Origin: Camelus dromedarius
Lineage: Eukaryota
Length of the DNA stretch: 64,000 nucleotides
Assembly: GCF_036321535.1 (NCBI RefSeq)
Contig: NC_087436.1
Coordinates: 29,204,001 to 29,268,000, forward strand
Reading direction: 5' to 3'
Each line of letters starts with the position of its first letter. Position 1 is the first letter of the stretch. The notes under the pieces are model-generated. The model searched no databases and was not told the DNA's origin. It saw only the letters and a list, made by a program, of their open reading frames with translations. A program made the position numbers and the translations under genes. Shown here piece after piece: positions 39,592 to 52,340 of the stretch.

Positions 39592-40148
39592 TATGAATGA
39601 AAAATATTGCTAGCCGTATAAGTAAACAAAGGATGCCGTGGCTATCAAGTCATCAGCCACTACCACTGCTCCACGGTGAGCTGAGGGGGCTCAGGATGGA
39701 GATGCGTAGGCAGCCCAGCCTCTGCAGCCACCCCCACCGGTGCCCCGAGGGAACTCAGAAAGTGAAAGAACAGGACACTGGCCCTAGATAGCTAGGTGCA
39801 TATCAAAGGAATGATTTCAATTCAGAGCTTTTCCACATATGGGAAGGTGCAAAGAAACACGCAAGCTGTCTGGCAGGGTCTGAGCCCAGACCTTTGCACC
39901 TTAATTCCTTAACTTGGACTATCTAGTTTTCTTTAGTTAGCAGTAATCTGTTGATGTTCTGACTACCCGATTCTTGCCTGAAAAGCTCCTATATATTCTG
40001 GCTCCCCCCTTGCCTCTCCAGAGCAGTCTCTCAGAGTAATCTAAGAGGCGGCCTCCTGTCAGAAAGTCCTGGGCTTGAGTCCTCAGAAAGTCCGCTGAAT
40101 AAAACATAACTCTCAACTTTAAGGTTGTGCACTTTTTTTCAGTCGAGA
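39592..40148 (+). mobile_element. cetartiodactyl ERV1-class solo LTR (copy 2) with internal rearrangement
   Basis: Paralogous to 15509-15955; TATA-like tatata at about 39990, AATAAA at 40098, 4-bp TSD TATT. Confidence 0.88.
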
Positions 40149-40310
40149 TATTAATTCCACTGATTAGTTAAACTTTTTGTGGCATAGGAAGTGCTAGGTT
40201 CCACTGGGGTAACTTAATCTTAGGAAGTACTTGGGCTCTTAATTGATTGAGGCAAGAATAGTGTCTCAAGGAAACTTTCTTTGTTAGTAAAAGAATTATA
40301 GGACGGAGCC

Positions 40311-40382
40311 AAAAAAAAAAAAAAAAAAAAAAAGAAAGCGAGAGCCAGAGCCAGAACCAGAGCCAGAGGCAGAGACAGAGAC
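40311..40382. repeat. A23 run followed by an (AGAGCC)-like hexamer array
   Basis: agagcc agagcc agaacc agagcc agaggc agagac agagac at 40341-40382. Confidence 0.9.
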
Positions 40383-40459
40383 GAAGTACTGTCCAGGGTC
40401 TGGATAAGTATATATATATACCCACGAGATGCAAAATGCAGCATAAGCCTTACAGCTTT

Positions 40460-40980
40460 TTAGAGACAGTTCCAGGGTAGTTTTGAAGCCTGGCTGTTAT
40501 GTGGATCATGTAGAAATATACAGGCTGTCTGGCATGTTCTGAGCATCCCTAACTCCTGCTGTGTACTCTGCAATTTCAATAGAGGATGAATGGTCACAAG
40601 GTAAAGCAATGGGCTCTTTAATGGAAGAGCTCTGGAAGGAGTGGCGGAAAGAAAGTTGTAAGCCCAGCCGGCAGTAACAGTTACTCTCTTTCCATCATCT
40701 CCCAAATTCATACATAAAAGCATAAGCTAAAGCCTAAACTGTTGGCCAAATCCCAGATAGTTATTAATAACTAAAAGGCCTGACTTTCATTAGAGATTAA
40801 AAGATAAGATTACAAAGAAACAAAATGGGTTCTCTGAAAAGCAACATCACTGTGCAACAAAGGCAGAAAGTTGAAGAATCCATAAGTAAGGAAGAAACAA
40901 AACTAGAGTCTTGAGGAAAATAATTAAGCAAAAACTCATAGTAAATACCTCCAGAAAGATGAGGAAGGCTCACTTGCAAA
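40460..40980 (+). pseudogene. candidate fossil coding block
   Basis: One frame reads RDSSRVVLKPGCYVDHVEIYRLSGMF*ASLTPAVYSAISIEDEWSQGKAMGSLMEELWKEWRKESCKPSRQ*...MGSLKSNITVQQRQKVEESISKEETKLES*; many stops in the 3' half. Confidence 0.3.
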
Positions 40981-43294
40981 TAAGTTAAATCCAAAAAAAT
41001 TCAGATCCAATTTACTTCCTATTCCTTTTTTTTTTTTTTTTTTTTTACTTAGGACTGCCTTTTCGCTCAGGATCTTGCAATGTGTCTGAGGGACATAGTC
41101 TATTTATCTATAATTTTTCCTTCTCCTCCTACTCTTCCTTCTCTTTCTTTTGGATCTTTCAGAGTGGAGATGGAGAGAGTAGAAATTAGGAATAGGTGAA
41201 AGAAAATATTATTTATTTATTTACTTATTTGTGTTTAATGTAACCATTCCCAGTCTTCCAGTTTTCTCTGTAGTATGTAACTGGTCTGGTATGAATGCCT
41301 CTTCAGGGCAGGTGTCTTTTTGTAAAGTGTTGGTATAGGTTCTTGAAAGTCCTCTGAGCACCTGCACATTGAAAATTTATCTTATATCAGCAATGTGATC
41401 CTAACCAATTTTTTTTTTTTAATCACTCTCGCATCTTTCCATCCTGTCTCTGGTGATATACCACACAACCTCATATTGCGAAGTTCTTTTTGCACAAGGA
41501 AACCCATAAATTCTTGCTGTGACAGAATGTGCCAGTTCAGGCAGTCCTTTCCCCTCATCCTGCCCTTGACAGTAGTTCTGTCCACACTTGCAGACACAGA
41601 GGTGCTGGGCAGACGTCAAATCTGTGTGTCCACGCGTGCCTCACATTCCAGAGGACTTATGTCAACGGGCTATCCTAAGCGCTTTCTTACCGTGTTCTCT
41701 TCTTTTTCCCAAGAATAATGACTTCCAAATTTGATCTGTTTTCTTAGTTCAAATAAATGTTTGTAATAGTATGTGAGAGAAAAAGCTTGACTGCTCTTTC
41801 AGGGGATTTCTGGAAGTTAATCTACAGTCTCTTTATCAACTGTTGTTCCAAACATTTGTATTTTCGCTAAAGTTGTGAGTCCATTGGAGAAGTACTTTAA
41901 CATCCTGTGTGGTGCACAGAAACTGTATGAATGTCTATTTCAGGCTTAACTGAGCCTCTGTCACCTTCATGGGTCAGGTTGGTGATTAAATCCGTAGAAC
42001 AGATTGTCATATGCTTGAAAGTAGAAAGTTGCAATGTACCTAAAAAGGGATCTTTTAGCCATTGAGTGAGAATACTCAGTGCCAGGAAACCCTGTGCTCG
42101 TACTCTGAGACACCACTCATTTTAAAGTGATATTGGAAAGCTAATTAAAATATACTATGCTTATTCAAAGTCTCAGATATATGAACATTAGACCGATTCA
42201 TCTAAGATGATTGTGGAATACAACGTTCTGCCTGATGGAATGAAAATGACGTAAGATATCAAGCACACTTTGTGAGGTCTTGTTTTAAATAATAGAGTGG
42301 AGTAAGATTATGCTTAACATATGAATCATATTAAATGTTGTTTGAGGATGATTCTGAAACTACTTTAGATCTTGAAATGTCACTGTTTAAACATTATAAC
42401 CATCAGGTTTTTGTTATTCAGTAACAGTTTCTTTAACACCAAAACTTCGATCATTTGATTTGTTTGTTTTCACAGGGTAAAGGGAAATTAAATATGGTAG
42501 ACTCTCCACTGCCGATTTTTGTAAACTGTCTTCTTAGTTTAGGGTATGTTTTCAATTTGTCACTCTCAAAAAAGAATGAGGTCATTCATTCTCAAATATT
42601 ATCTATTCATCATTGGCCTGTTAGTACATTTTATTAGAAGAGAGTGACAATTTTCACACTAGGAGGTAACTTTTATCTAAAATTCGCCTTGCATTTAGTC
42701 TATTCTCCAACAAAACTGGAGTACTTCAGGGGATCTTAAAGGTTTCTGGCAAAACTTTGGAAATCAGCTTCATCCAGCAGGGTGTCATTTCCCTACTATC
42801 AGTACTAGAACTGATGACACAGCAAAAATTCTCATGTTACATTTCTCTTGGCATTTGTTTTGATTAAGTCCAACAAATTTCTGTCCTGATATTTGTTTAT
42901 TTGTCCAGGTAAGCTCAAAAATTAGGGGAGTTATGCTTGAAATTTTGTACATTCATTTGGAGGTCTATGAAATAATTCCACAGAGGCAAGTATTATTTCA
43001 GATGCTATAAAATAACCACCTCTGATGTCTGTTGAGTCTGATCATCTCTTGTCTGCAATTGACTACTAGTTAACTGTGCAAGGATGTTACATTTGAGATA
43101 ATTCAGTTACACAACCTTGTCTGCTTTCAAACATATTTTTAACTGACTGATCCTTGAGTTGTGAAAAAGTTATCTGTATGTCTAAGTTGATATGTCAAAT
43201 AATTTTAATAGCTACAATTTTAAATAAAACATAAGGTCAACAATCAAGATTCACATTTAAAATTTTGTTTTTATTCATTTCTTATCTGTTACAG

Positions 43295-43326
43295 AAGCAA
43301 AAGAGAAAACAGAAGCAGAGAATAAA
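43295..43326 (+). other. candidate 32-bp micro-exon
   Basis: Acceptor ttttattcatttcttatctgttacag|, donor AAA|gtaagt; purine-rich; phase 1-0 reading AKEKTEAENK. Confidence 0.45.
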
Positions 43327-43369
43327 GTAAGTACATTGACTTCATTAAATTTCTATGTCCATTTGGATT

Positions 43370-43580
43370 TCTAGCTATATTTTTTGAGAATATCATACAA
43401 TTATTTAATCTCTGCATATCACTTTTCAGTCTTCTTTGAAGGAATTTAATTATCCGTAAATCCCAGTATACTGTACCTTCTTCTTAAGATTGCAAGTATA
43501 TGTATTAATATGTATTAATGCACATAAAGTGCTTAGTACATTGCCTGGTTTGGTTAGTTGTTATTCAAAACAAGAATATT
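43370..43580 (+). mobile_element. MIR
   Basis: ttatttaatctctg...ataaagtgcttagtacattgcctgg. Confidence 0.6.
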
Positions 43581-43779
43581 TCTAAATTGCTATTGTTACT
43601 CTTTCTAATATATTTGCCAACTAAATTAATCACATTTGGAAAGACTTATCCAGAATTTATTGGATGATAAGTGAAAATATTTTATGACCAAGTACTAGCA
43701 CAAGCCTTTCTTAGGATCTATTGAGTCTAAATTATATGTGCATTAACTTGAACCAAATTTGATAGTATGTCTTTCTTAT

Positions 43780-44473
43780 CTACTGCTGGTGGAACCAAGA
43801 TGTCTGCCCCATCCTCTTTCAGAAGTCACTTACTCTAAATTGTACGGTTAAGTCCAATGATTTCTTTAGAATTCTTAACTCAGGTATAGGGTGCTCTTTC
43901 CCGTTAGTTTGTGGCTCTTGTGCGCTGCTGTTTGCCATAGTACTGCTGACCATCTTCTCTGTTGTCAGGGAGCATATAGGAAAAGAGGTATGTGCAGCCT
44001 GAGCAAATATGCAGTTTATCTTTTTCCCATAAGATACGTGTGTGTGCACCTTTGCAGGAGGAGAGGGTGTTTTAAAAGTTGCTCACTTGAACTTAGTCCA
44101 GAATCACAAATGAAAATATGATATTTTCTCAAGGTTCCTAACATCTCCTCGCATGTTTTACGGTTTACACATCTGCCATTCTTCAACTTTTTACTGTCCT
44201 TTTGTGAGAAATGACCTACAAACTCATAAGGAATTGAATTAATTTCTGGGTCCATCTCTCTTCCCTACATGGATCCTCAGGATTCTAACCCCATTCAGCT
44301 TGGCTTGTAGCCAAGTCAGTGATGCTTATTGATTACCTTCACGTTATATGGAGTATCTTGCTGTTAGCTCTCTGTGGGACCACATGTGAATAAAGTTTCT
44401 ACGGGTTTAGTTTCTTTGCTCAGTGTGAAGTGTGTCCCCACCCCCACCCCCACCACCATGTGAAAACGCAGCA
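43780..44473 (+). mobile_element. probable ancient LTR, family unassigned
   Basis: GC-richer 0.7-kb block, AATAAA at 44389 about 80 bp from a CA end; no family recognised. Confidence 0.3.
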
Positions 44474-44918
44474 TATCTTTAACTCTTGAAGTTTTCTTAG
44501 TGAGCTATGCAAATTGTTGAGGAAGATACACTAAATGGCATACTGGTGAGCCAGCAGAAGAGCATAGATCATAGTAAGAGAAAAAAATATTTCTTTAGTT
44601 AAGGAATTTCCAGTATACCACATGGAGAGGTGTTTTCTTTCATTTTCTTCATTCTTTATCATGGAGCTTATTGCAATAAATGAAATAACTACTTAATTCT
44701 TCAACAGATGTTACCCTTTTTAACCTCTGGGAATCAGTGATTCTAGGTAGACTTTGATCTCTCCCTGAGTGTGTAAATAGCTATTTGCCTTTTCATTTAA
44801 AGAGGAATTTTATAGTTGTTTCTGACACACAAAGGAAATACATTTGATTACCAATTGTGTACTGTGTCCAAAATATGTACTATTGAATAGGCAGGAGAGA
44901 ATTGGAAATAACAATAGT

Positions 44919-44955
44919 GTCAATAACATGGATCAGTCAATAACATGGATCAGTC
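44919..44955. repeat. perfect 17-bp tandem duplication
   Basis: gtcaataacatggatca x2 plus gtc. Confidence 0.95.
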
Positions 44956-45099
44956 TTCTGGTTATTAAAACGCTCCTTAAATATCAGTGTCTTTTAAAGT
45001 ACATCCTATCCATTGGGGAAACGTGCTACCTCCTATCATTTTTGACACTTTCCTCCTGGAAAGAAGAGATAGATAGACAAACAGATAGAGATACAGTCT

Positions 45100-45430
45100 T
45101 TTACCACTTGATAATCTTGAAAATTTGGCCTTTTTATGCCAATTATTTACAAGGAAACTGAAAATTAGAAAGTTTACCTAACTTGTTCAGATTTACACAG
45201 TCCATGACACATAGACAAAGAAACAAGGGTTTGAAGCCAGTTGTGTTTGACTTCAGAGCCTAAAAGATCATATTATTATGCGGAAATATTTTACAGGTGC
45301 TGTGCATTTCATTTCAGCAAACACTCTCAAAGTTAGGTTTAAATAGCTTGTTCAGTGAACAGTGAGGCACAAGTGGCGTGTGAATCCAGTCTTCTCCAAT
45401 TCCATATTCATGGCTGTCAACTACTCGCTT
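45100..45430 (-). mobile_element. two MIR fragments
   Basis: tttacaaggaaactgaaaattagaaagtttacctaacttg...; acagtgaggcac...tgaatccagt. Confidence 0.55.
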
Positions 45431-45802
45431 CTCCTTTTCTCAGTTTCTTTTAATACCATCTTAAGAGAAATACAATTTCAGTCATCATTATTTAGGAAAG
45501 AACAAAGTAGCATATATAGGCACATTTAAGTAAATATACTGAGAAGAGATAGCATAGAAGACCACTGTTAATAAACTTACACTTTAACCAAATCATCTTA
45601 AGAACATACAGTTAAGACCTCTGTTGCTCTGGTCAATGGACAAACAGGAATTGAGTTCAAAAAGTTTATACTACAGATTTGGAATATTTTTCAAGCCTTC
45701 ACTGTGACTTTATGATCATCAATAGTTAAAAAGAAAAAAAAAGAGCAAACACGATAATTTTCTTCTCAATGATCAGTAAGAAACCCTTCTTGTATTCTTG
45801 TT

Positions 45803-46370
45803 CAGAGTAGTTAACTGTCTGTCAATAGTAAACCCAGATCAAATGGGTTTTGTTTTGTCAGTCTGCATAACAGATTTAAATTATTAGTGTATTTGAATAA
45901 ATTATCAATATTTAAAAATTGGTAAATAACATAAAAATCCAAACTTATATTTTTCAAAAATTAGAATATCTGGCAGTATCAAATTCACATGGTATGAATT
46001 ACACACTTTAGGGATGTCAGAGTTGAGTCACCATTAAAGTTACCAGCCAAAGTGATATAGTTTGGGGAATGAAAAGGTGTTCTATTAAATTGCATGCCTC
46101 ACTATCATGCAGAAGCCAGAACTGTCTCAGGGAAATGATGTATGATTATTCTAGTCTTATAATCATCAAAGTTCCTAATACTCCCTATTGACTCACAGAC
46201 CCTAAAACCAAGTGTCAATATTTATTGAACTATTGTATTGTCAAAAGGCAAAGAAAATATTTCCTACTCTTAAGTCTCTAAGAAATTAAAGAAACAAAAC
46301 ATATATTGATAGCATCTTTTGCTTCAAGATTCTGTGCATTATATTCACCCCAAAATATTAATCTGCCTTA
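45803..46370 (+). mobile_element. hAT-Charlie MER102-like fragment
   Basis: tttaaaaattgg...acataaaaatcca...atctggca and ctccctattg motifs. Confidence 0.55.
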
Positions 46371-49300
46371 ATCTCAATATTATTTCATATAATACTCATT
46401 TTATGATATTTTGAAAATTATTGTAGATTCCAGTTTGATAAGTATTCTATTTTATTGATATTATAATTACCTAAGAAATATAAGAATCTCAAAACTTGCT
46501 ATTTCTTCATAAAAAAGTGTTTAATAGAATCCTTCAAAAATACTGTGGAAAGGAAATTTCTGAGTTCTTGAAAGTCTAAATCATTAAAAACATTTTTGAT
46601 GATAATCTGAAAAGTATGGTGGAAAATACTGAATTCTCATTCAAGAACACCAGGATACTACTATTATTACTACTACTACTGCTAGCTTACAAGGACGATA
46701 AAGTAGGAACTTGAAGATGCTAACTTTATATCTTTAAGAAAGATGTTCCTCTTTAGGATTTTTCACTAGAATTTAGTAAAATATATATATATATTTTCCT
46801 TCAAAAATGTATAGGATCTTTTTGAAGAATAAAGTAAACAGGATTCATGAAGAAAAATTTGAGTGTATTACCAGTGGACACTCAAATTTATAAAGAGAAA
46901 TTCTTAGAGTTAATGTTGTAGTTGAGATAGGCTTGTATCATTTATTTTTTCTATCAACACTGAAATCTTGAATGATAAATTCAGCATTATAAATTCCCTT
47001 GTCTTTGAACGGACTTGAATGATTCTCAGCCAAGTCCACAGACTCAGGAGAGCAGCAGTAGCTTTCTAAATATTCTAAAGTAAATATAGAGGGTACCTGG
47101 GAAACAGAACTTCAGAGAAAGCAACTTTAATCCCCTAAACTGTCTGCTTTACACATCAAGAATGGGATGGCTTATTCCTAGATTGTTGTAAAGATGTAAG
47201 AGTGAAATGAAATGAAACCACAGCCAACCTACAGATCTCTAACAGACAGTGTGTTATATGAAAACATAAAAATACATTTATATACTTCACAATGAGTTTT
47301 AAGTGTCACATGTATACATATATATAATTGTGTCTACATATATATATGTACATGTGTGTATATGTGTAATACTTATATGTAGATAAGTTTGTGTGTATAT
47401 AGATGGACAGGTTAGATCTGATACGTCTCCAATACATGCAAATTATCATACTCTCTTATAGAGAAAATAAAAGGGAAAACCTACAGAGATAACTTTGTCA
47501 AAAACTGTAAATCCTAACGAAAAACTCAAAGTCATGTCTTTTTTGACATGGAAGATGAAGACATAAGAAAATCTCTCAAAAATATTATGAAAGACTTGTA
47601 ATTTAATATTTTATCTTCCTAATTATATTCTACACTTGTTTAAAATTTAAAAGTCTCTTTTACCTCAGTGTTGGCATTTGCACTCACTTTAAAATATAGC
47701 TTTGAATTTTTGACTTTTTAAAGTATAGGTCATTGGAAAATTTTTTTATATTGATGTATATAGAAATAAAATTATATAAATTAAGCAAAACATGTTTTAG
47801 TTATATTATCCCATTTTTCTCTCTCCTACACACATATCTTGGGTTCCATTCTTGGAATAGGAAAACATTCTGTATCTAAGTTAAGTTTAAAATATTACAG
47901 AAAATGCTTTAAGTATATCAGGACTAAAGAGTTACAGAGCTGACCTTGCCTTATCTTTCTTTGCAGGCTTTTAAAATAAGTTTGTGGGTTTCTGTTCTGT
48001 GAACTAAAATTTAATAACGTGTTTGTAGAAGGTGAAGTTCCCAGGCTAAGAACATTTATCCTTGAGAAAGTTCAGAGCCTATATTTCCTAGTAGCAACTT
48101 ACAGGCTAATTTAGAAAGACTTTTTATCTTTTGTCTCTTTAGATAGAGTAATGGCTTATGTGTGAATTGAATTAGATACTATAAAGATGTGGCATTTTAT
48201 GTAGAAACCTATTCAATGTGCCAATATTTTTGCCTCTATTTAAAAAGTTATATAATGAATAAAATAACTTTTATCAATAAAAGAAATATATTTAACATGG
48301 CTTTTTTATATGCTGTGTTTTATAAAATGACAGTATTTGATTTACTAAATAGTGTGATTCAAAAGAATATTAAATTCTTCAGTTTCACCCATCTTATTGA
48401 TTACCTATTTGTATATAAAATAAATTATTTACCAAATAAAAATACTAAAATATCTGATTTTATATATGTACTTACAATATTTGGTGGCCCTAAATTATTA
48501 CATTTTAAAATTGAGATGCATCTAATACATTTTAGCTGTAGAGGAATGTATTTAATAGTACACACTCTAAGTTTTAATCTAGTCTCCATTCTTGAAATTG
48601 GAAAAATGAGTTGAATTAAGATAGTGTAAATTTATACAAAAACATTCTAATTATTCCAATTCAATCCCAATGCCTTCCTTTTCTTTTAGATATTTCATTT
48701 CTTATATTTAAGATTTTTGCCTTATATTCCATTGATATCCTCCAAAATAATTACAGGCCAAACATTTCAAACACTGGGGAAACAAAAATACCTAAGTTAT
48801 ATTAGGCATAATTATTCACCAAAGGAATATCATAAAAATGCACTAAAAAATATCCATGACTTTATTACCTTTGTAACCTATATTTATTTCTTAGTGGAAT
48901 ATACTAACGCAAGGGTAATACATTTTCTTTTAATGTGATTTCCCGTGTGAAGAGTCTAATCTACTGGATTTTAACACAAATGGCGCTTCGGTTTTGCTCA
49001 GATAGAGGTTCCATTAAAAAGTAAAAGGCAACCTCTTTCTAGGTATAAGCAAAACTGAAAAAAGCAACTAAAGACTAGTAGCTTAATCTAATTCAAGGAA
49101 CTAATTATTTTCCCCAAATTTATCTGATTCCTTAAGCCAATAAGCTGATGTAGTATATCACTTGAAGCTTATGTTATTTATTGGTAGGATAAAAAAGAAA
49201 ACACTGCATAGAACGGAGAATCTACCTCTGTAATCATCACTGTCTTATATGACTTAGATATATTACCACACTCCATTATTCTGATATACTTTTAAACAGA

Positions 49301-49986
49301 TATAATTTTATATGGATTTGAAGGCTAATTCTTAGAAAGCATAGCAACACTAAAGTTCTTTTGGTAGGGAAAACATTGGATCACCCATCTGTCAATAGTT
49401 AGTATTTTTTTTTAATGAAACCATTTTTATTGTGTACCGTTGCAAAAAAAACTAAATTCTAATCTGTTTTGTTTTATAATTTTTTATACTGTAACTCCAG
49501 AAGCATCACCTATTTGGCAGCACATTTGTAATGTTTATGTGAATGTCGTCTGCAGTTACTAACCATCTTAAAATAGTAAATGCCCCATCTGTTGTAAAAT
49601 AAAAATATATTGGCTCTTCAAGCCAGTTTTACTTGCTCAAAATGTTGCTTTTTTAAAAATTATTTTTTCTTTGTTTTGAGAACATTAGCCCAATTAACAT
49701 TGCTATCAAAATGAATTTTGCATGTTATATTTATCACCGTTGCAGATGTATAAGTGAAAATTGCCATGTCATCTGTGTTCATAATTGTTTAAGATCGGCA
49801 ATAATTTGAAAATTGAATGAGGTTACAGAGACTTCATTCAGACAATAAATTCTTAATTTAGCACCCTAGGAGACTCAGTTGTTCTGCCTTTTATTACTCA
49901 TTTGCCCCAGTCTCCCACATTGTATAACCAAAACTGAAGTGGTTTAAAAGCTTATTTTCTCACAAATCTTGCCCTCTTGTTTCTAG

Positions 49987-50581
49987 ACAGCAATATTTTA
50001 TACTGAGCTCTATCTAATGCTTTGTATATTTCAAAAATGCAATAGTAAAAGAGATGGTTTAAAAACTTCCAGCTACTTAAGATTAGACGGGGATGAAAAT
50101 CGGTGACAATGTAAAGCAATAAAAATGAGATCGCAGAATAACATCAAATTATGTTTCAAGAAGTACATGATTTATAGTTTCTTGCAATTCTATAAAAGCT
50201 TCAACAAAAACTATAGTGGAATAAGGGGAGGTCTGTAAGGAAGCAGTAAAAGTTCACAGCTCAGCATGGACAAGTGTTTCCAAAGATGTTTCAATGCACA
50301 GAGAAACAGATTTTAACAAATATCTCAAAATATATGGTTCTGTTAGGCAAAATGCTTTCCACTCCTGCCAGCAACCCATACTTAAAAGAACATTGTGGGC
50401 ATGGATGTTCTGAATTTAATTGAATGAAAAGTTCGTCAAATGGGATCTACATATATGTCCATTTCAATTTGGTAGCCCATCTTTTCAGTGAAGATGATGC
50501 AATTTTCTTCTTGTATTTGAATAAATACATGATATTTATTGGAGGTTTCCTAAAAAGGCCTGAGAAGAGCGGTCAGAAATG
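49987..50581 (+). pseudogene. candidate fossil exon
   Basis: Acceptor gccctcttgtttctag|, donor ATG|gtaagc; segments read EVCKEAVKVHSSAWTSVSKDVSMHRETDFNKYLKIYGSVRQNAFHSCQQP and EDDAIFFLYLNKYMIFIGGFLKRPEKSGQK. Confidence 0.35.
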
Positions 50582-51358
50582 GTAAGCAATTATGTAGTCA
50601 CAGAATAAGACCTCCAAAAAAGAAACTAAATACAATTAACTTTGCATATTGACTTGTTAAATCATCACACAAAATCTGTGGATAGATTTTCCACCTGTCA
50701 TGTTTCAACTATCTGGGCTTATATAATATAGATTGTGTGACATAATTAATATTCACTTTGGAGAGCCATTGAAGATATTTAAGATCATTGTTACTGTCCA
50801 AAGTAATTCTATCCTATAGAACTTTCTGAAATAATGGAGAAGAGATATTTATTTATAAACAGTAAATGGTAATTTAACTGGAGAAGCAAAGAAATAAAAA
50901 AACACTCTAGCATTTTTATTTTACAATATAATATTTTAATCACAAAAAAGTACATTGTCTTGTCACGATTCTTAAAGATTAACAGTGTTGTTTAGGAAGT
51001 GTGCTGTATCTCATCAGTTTGATTTTTCTTTTCAGTTATGGTTTATTTCTGAGATTCCTTGCCTAACTTGTGTGAGTTAAGATGCTAGAAGTAAGAGATC
51101 ATTCCTGTTGGTTTGCTTGCTGAAAAGAAACAGTCTTTCTTTTTGAAAAAATCCAGTGCTCTGTAAATCTGCTGTTAATATCGCTTATATATAATCTGAG
51201 CTATTGGTAGACTAATCAGATAGCTTTGTTCTTTCCTCTTACTTGGCCTTGTGTCTCCTCTTATGCAACAATGACTTCCACCAAGTCCTAGAGAGACTCT
51301 GTTTCTAACCTTTCTTGCCTTGAAGGAGCTGAAAATCTCAAGGGATATTTGTTCTAAA

Positions 51359-51528
51359 CAGTAGTTTTTGATCTTGACTGTACATGGAATCTTCTGCAGA
51401 GCTTTTCAAAGATACGGATGCCAGGGTCCTACCTCCAGAAATTCTGATTTAATTGGTATAGAGAGCGGCTTGGTCACAGTGATTTTATTAAAGATCACCT
51501 AGTGATTCTATGGTTAAAAAAAATCGCT
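51359..51528 (+). mobile_element. MER5B (hAT-Charlie MITE)
   Basis: cagtagtttttgatcttgactgtacatggaatc...gatgccagggtcctacctccagaaattctgatttaattggt. Confidence 0.85.
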
Positions 51529-52146
51529 ATGCTCTAGTGTCTCCCTACCTTCCAGCCCCGCATCAGTCTGCCACATCTTCTATTTATGAAATGCAAGATT
51601 GTTTCCTAGTAGGTCTCAGGTGTTTTCAGGAACCCAGTGAGAAAATCAGCTAGCACTGCTGTCAGACACCCTATGTAAATAAATGTTAATGACAGCTACT
51701 TGCAACTTCTTTAGCAGACTGTTTTAAGGAACGCTGTCAAGACCACCAGAGGAATAGAATAAGAAATAAAAGTTCAAGCAAAGAGAATTGGGAAGGGAGT
51801 CTGGGCAGATTTTAGAGGAAGAGGAAACTTTAGCAGAAAAAGCATGGGATGGAAAGACAAGAGGACCTTGAGGTTATTATTGCTCCAAGGACAAGAAACG
51901 TGGAAGGATTTAGGTTTCCATGTGGAAAGGCATAAAAGACCGTGGGGGCTACTGAATAAAATCCACACTCACTATATGTTTTTTTTTTTCAGTGTGCATA
52001 TAAAAGTGGAAAATGACACATAAATGGATGTATGATACTGGAGTCATATAGACATAGGTTTAGTTTTTTCAGGTGTAAAGAGAATCTAAAATATTGTACT
52101 AGAATGTATAAATGTATAAATTTTAGATTTGGCTTGGGAAATTTTA

Positions 52147-52204
52147 AGCATCAGCCTTGTTTTCTTGTTTGTTTGTTTGTTTATTTTTAGCATCAGCCTT
52201 GTTT
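52147..52204 (-). repeat. 16-bp direct repeats flanking a 26-bp (TTTG)n/T-rich insert
   Basis: agcatcagccttgttt at 52147-52162 and 52189-52204. Confidence 0.85.
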
Positions 52205-52340
52205 AGTCTCATTTTATATATGAAGAAACTGAGGCACGAGAAGTTTACATGGCTTGCTCAATTTCCAATACGATAATATAGTGTCATTTGGCAAAAGTTG
52301 TAGAAAAATCCCTAAAATTTCAGCACTTTGATTTTACAAT
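52205..52340 (-). mobile_element. MIR
   Basis: cattttatatatgaagaaactgaggcacgagaagttt. Confidence 0.75.

Noticed and set aside
15509..40148. Two related LTRs as the ends of one provirus
   Set aside because: They are 24 kb apart and clearly diverged; copy 2 has its own TSD on both sides, so they are independent solo LTRs.
42476..42496. 21-bp micro-exon (cacag|GGTAAAGGGAAATTAAATATG|gtagac)
   Set aside because: Weak donor, and it introduces a stop in the phase needed to link neighbouring candidates.
48189..48614. 141-aa ORF
   Set aside because: F/I/K/N/Y-rich composition reflecting extreme AT content; no splice signals or recognisable domain.
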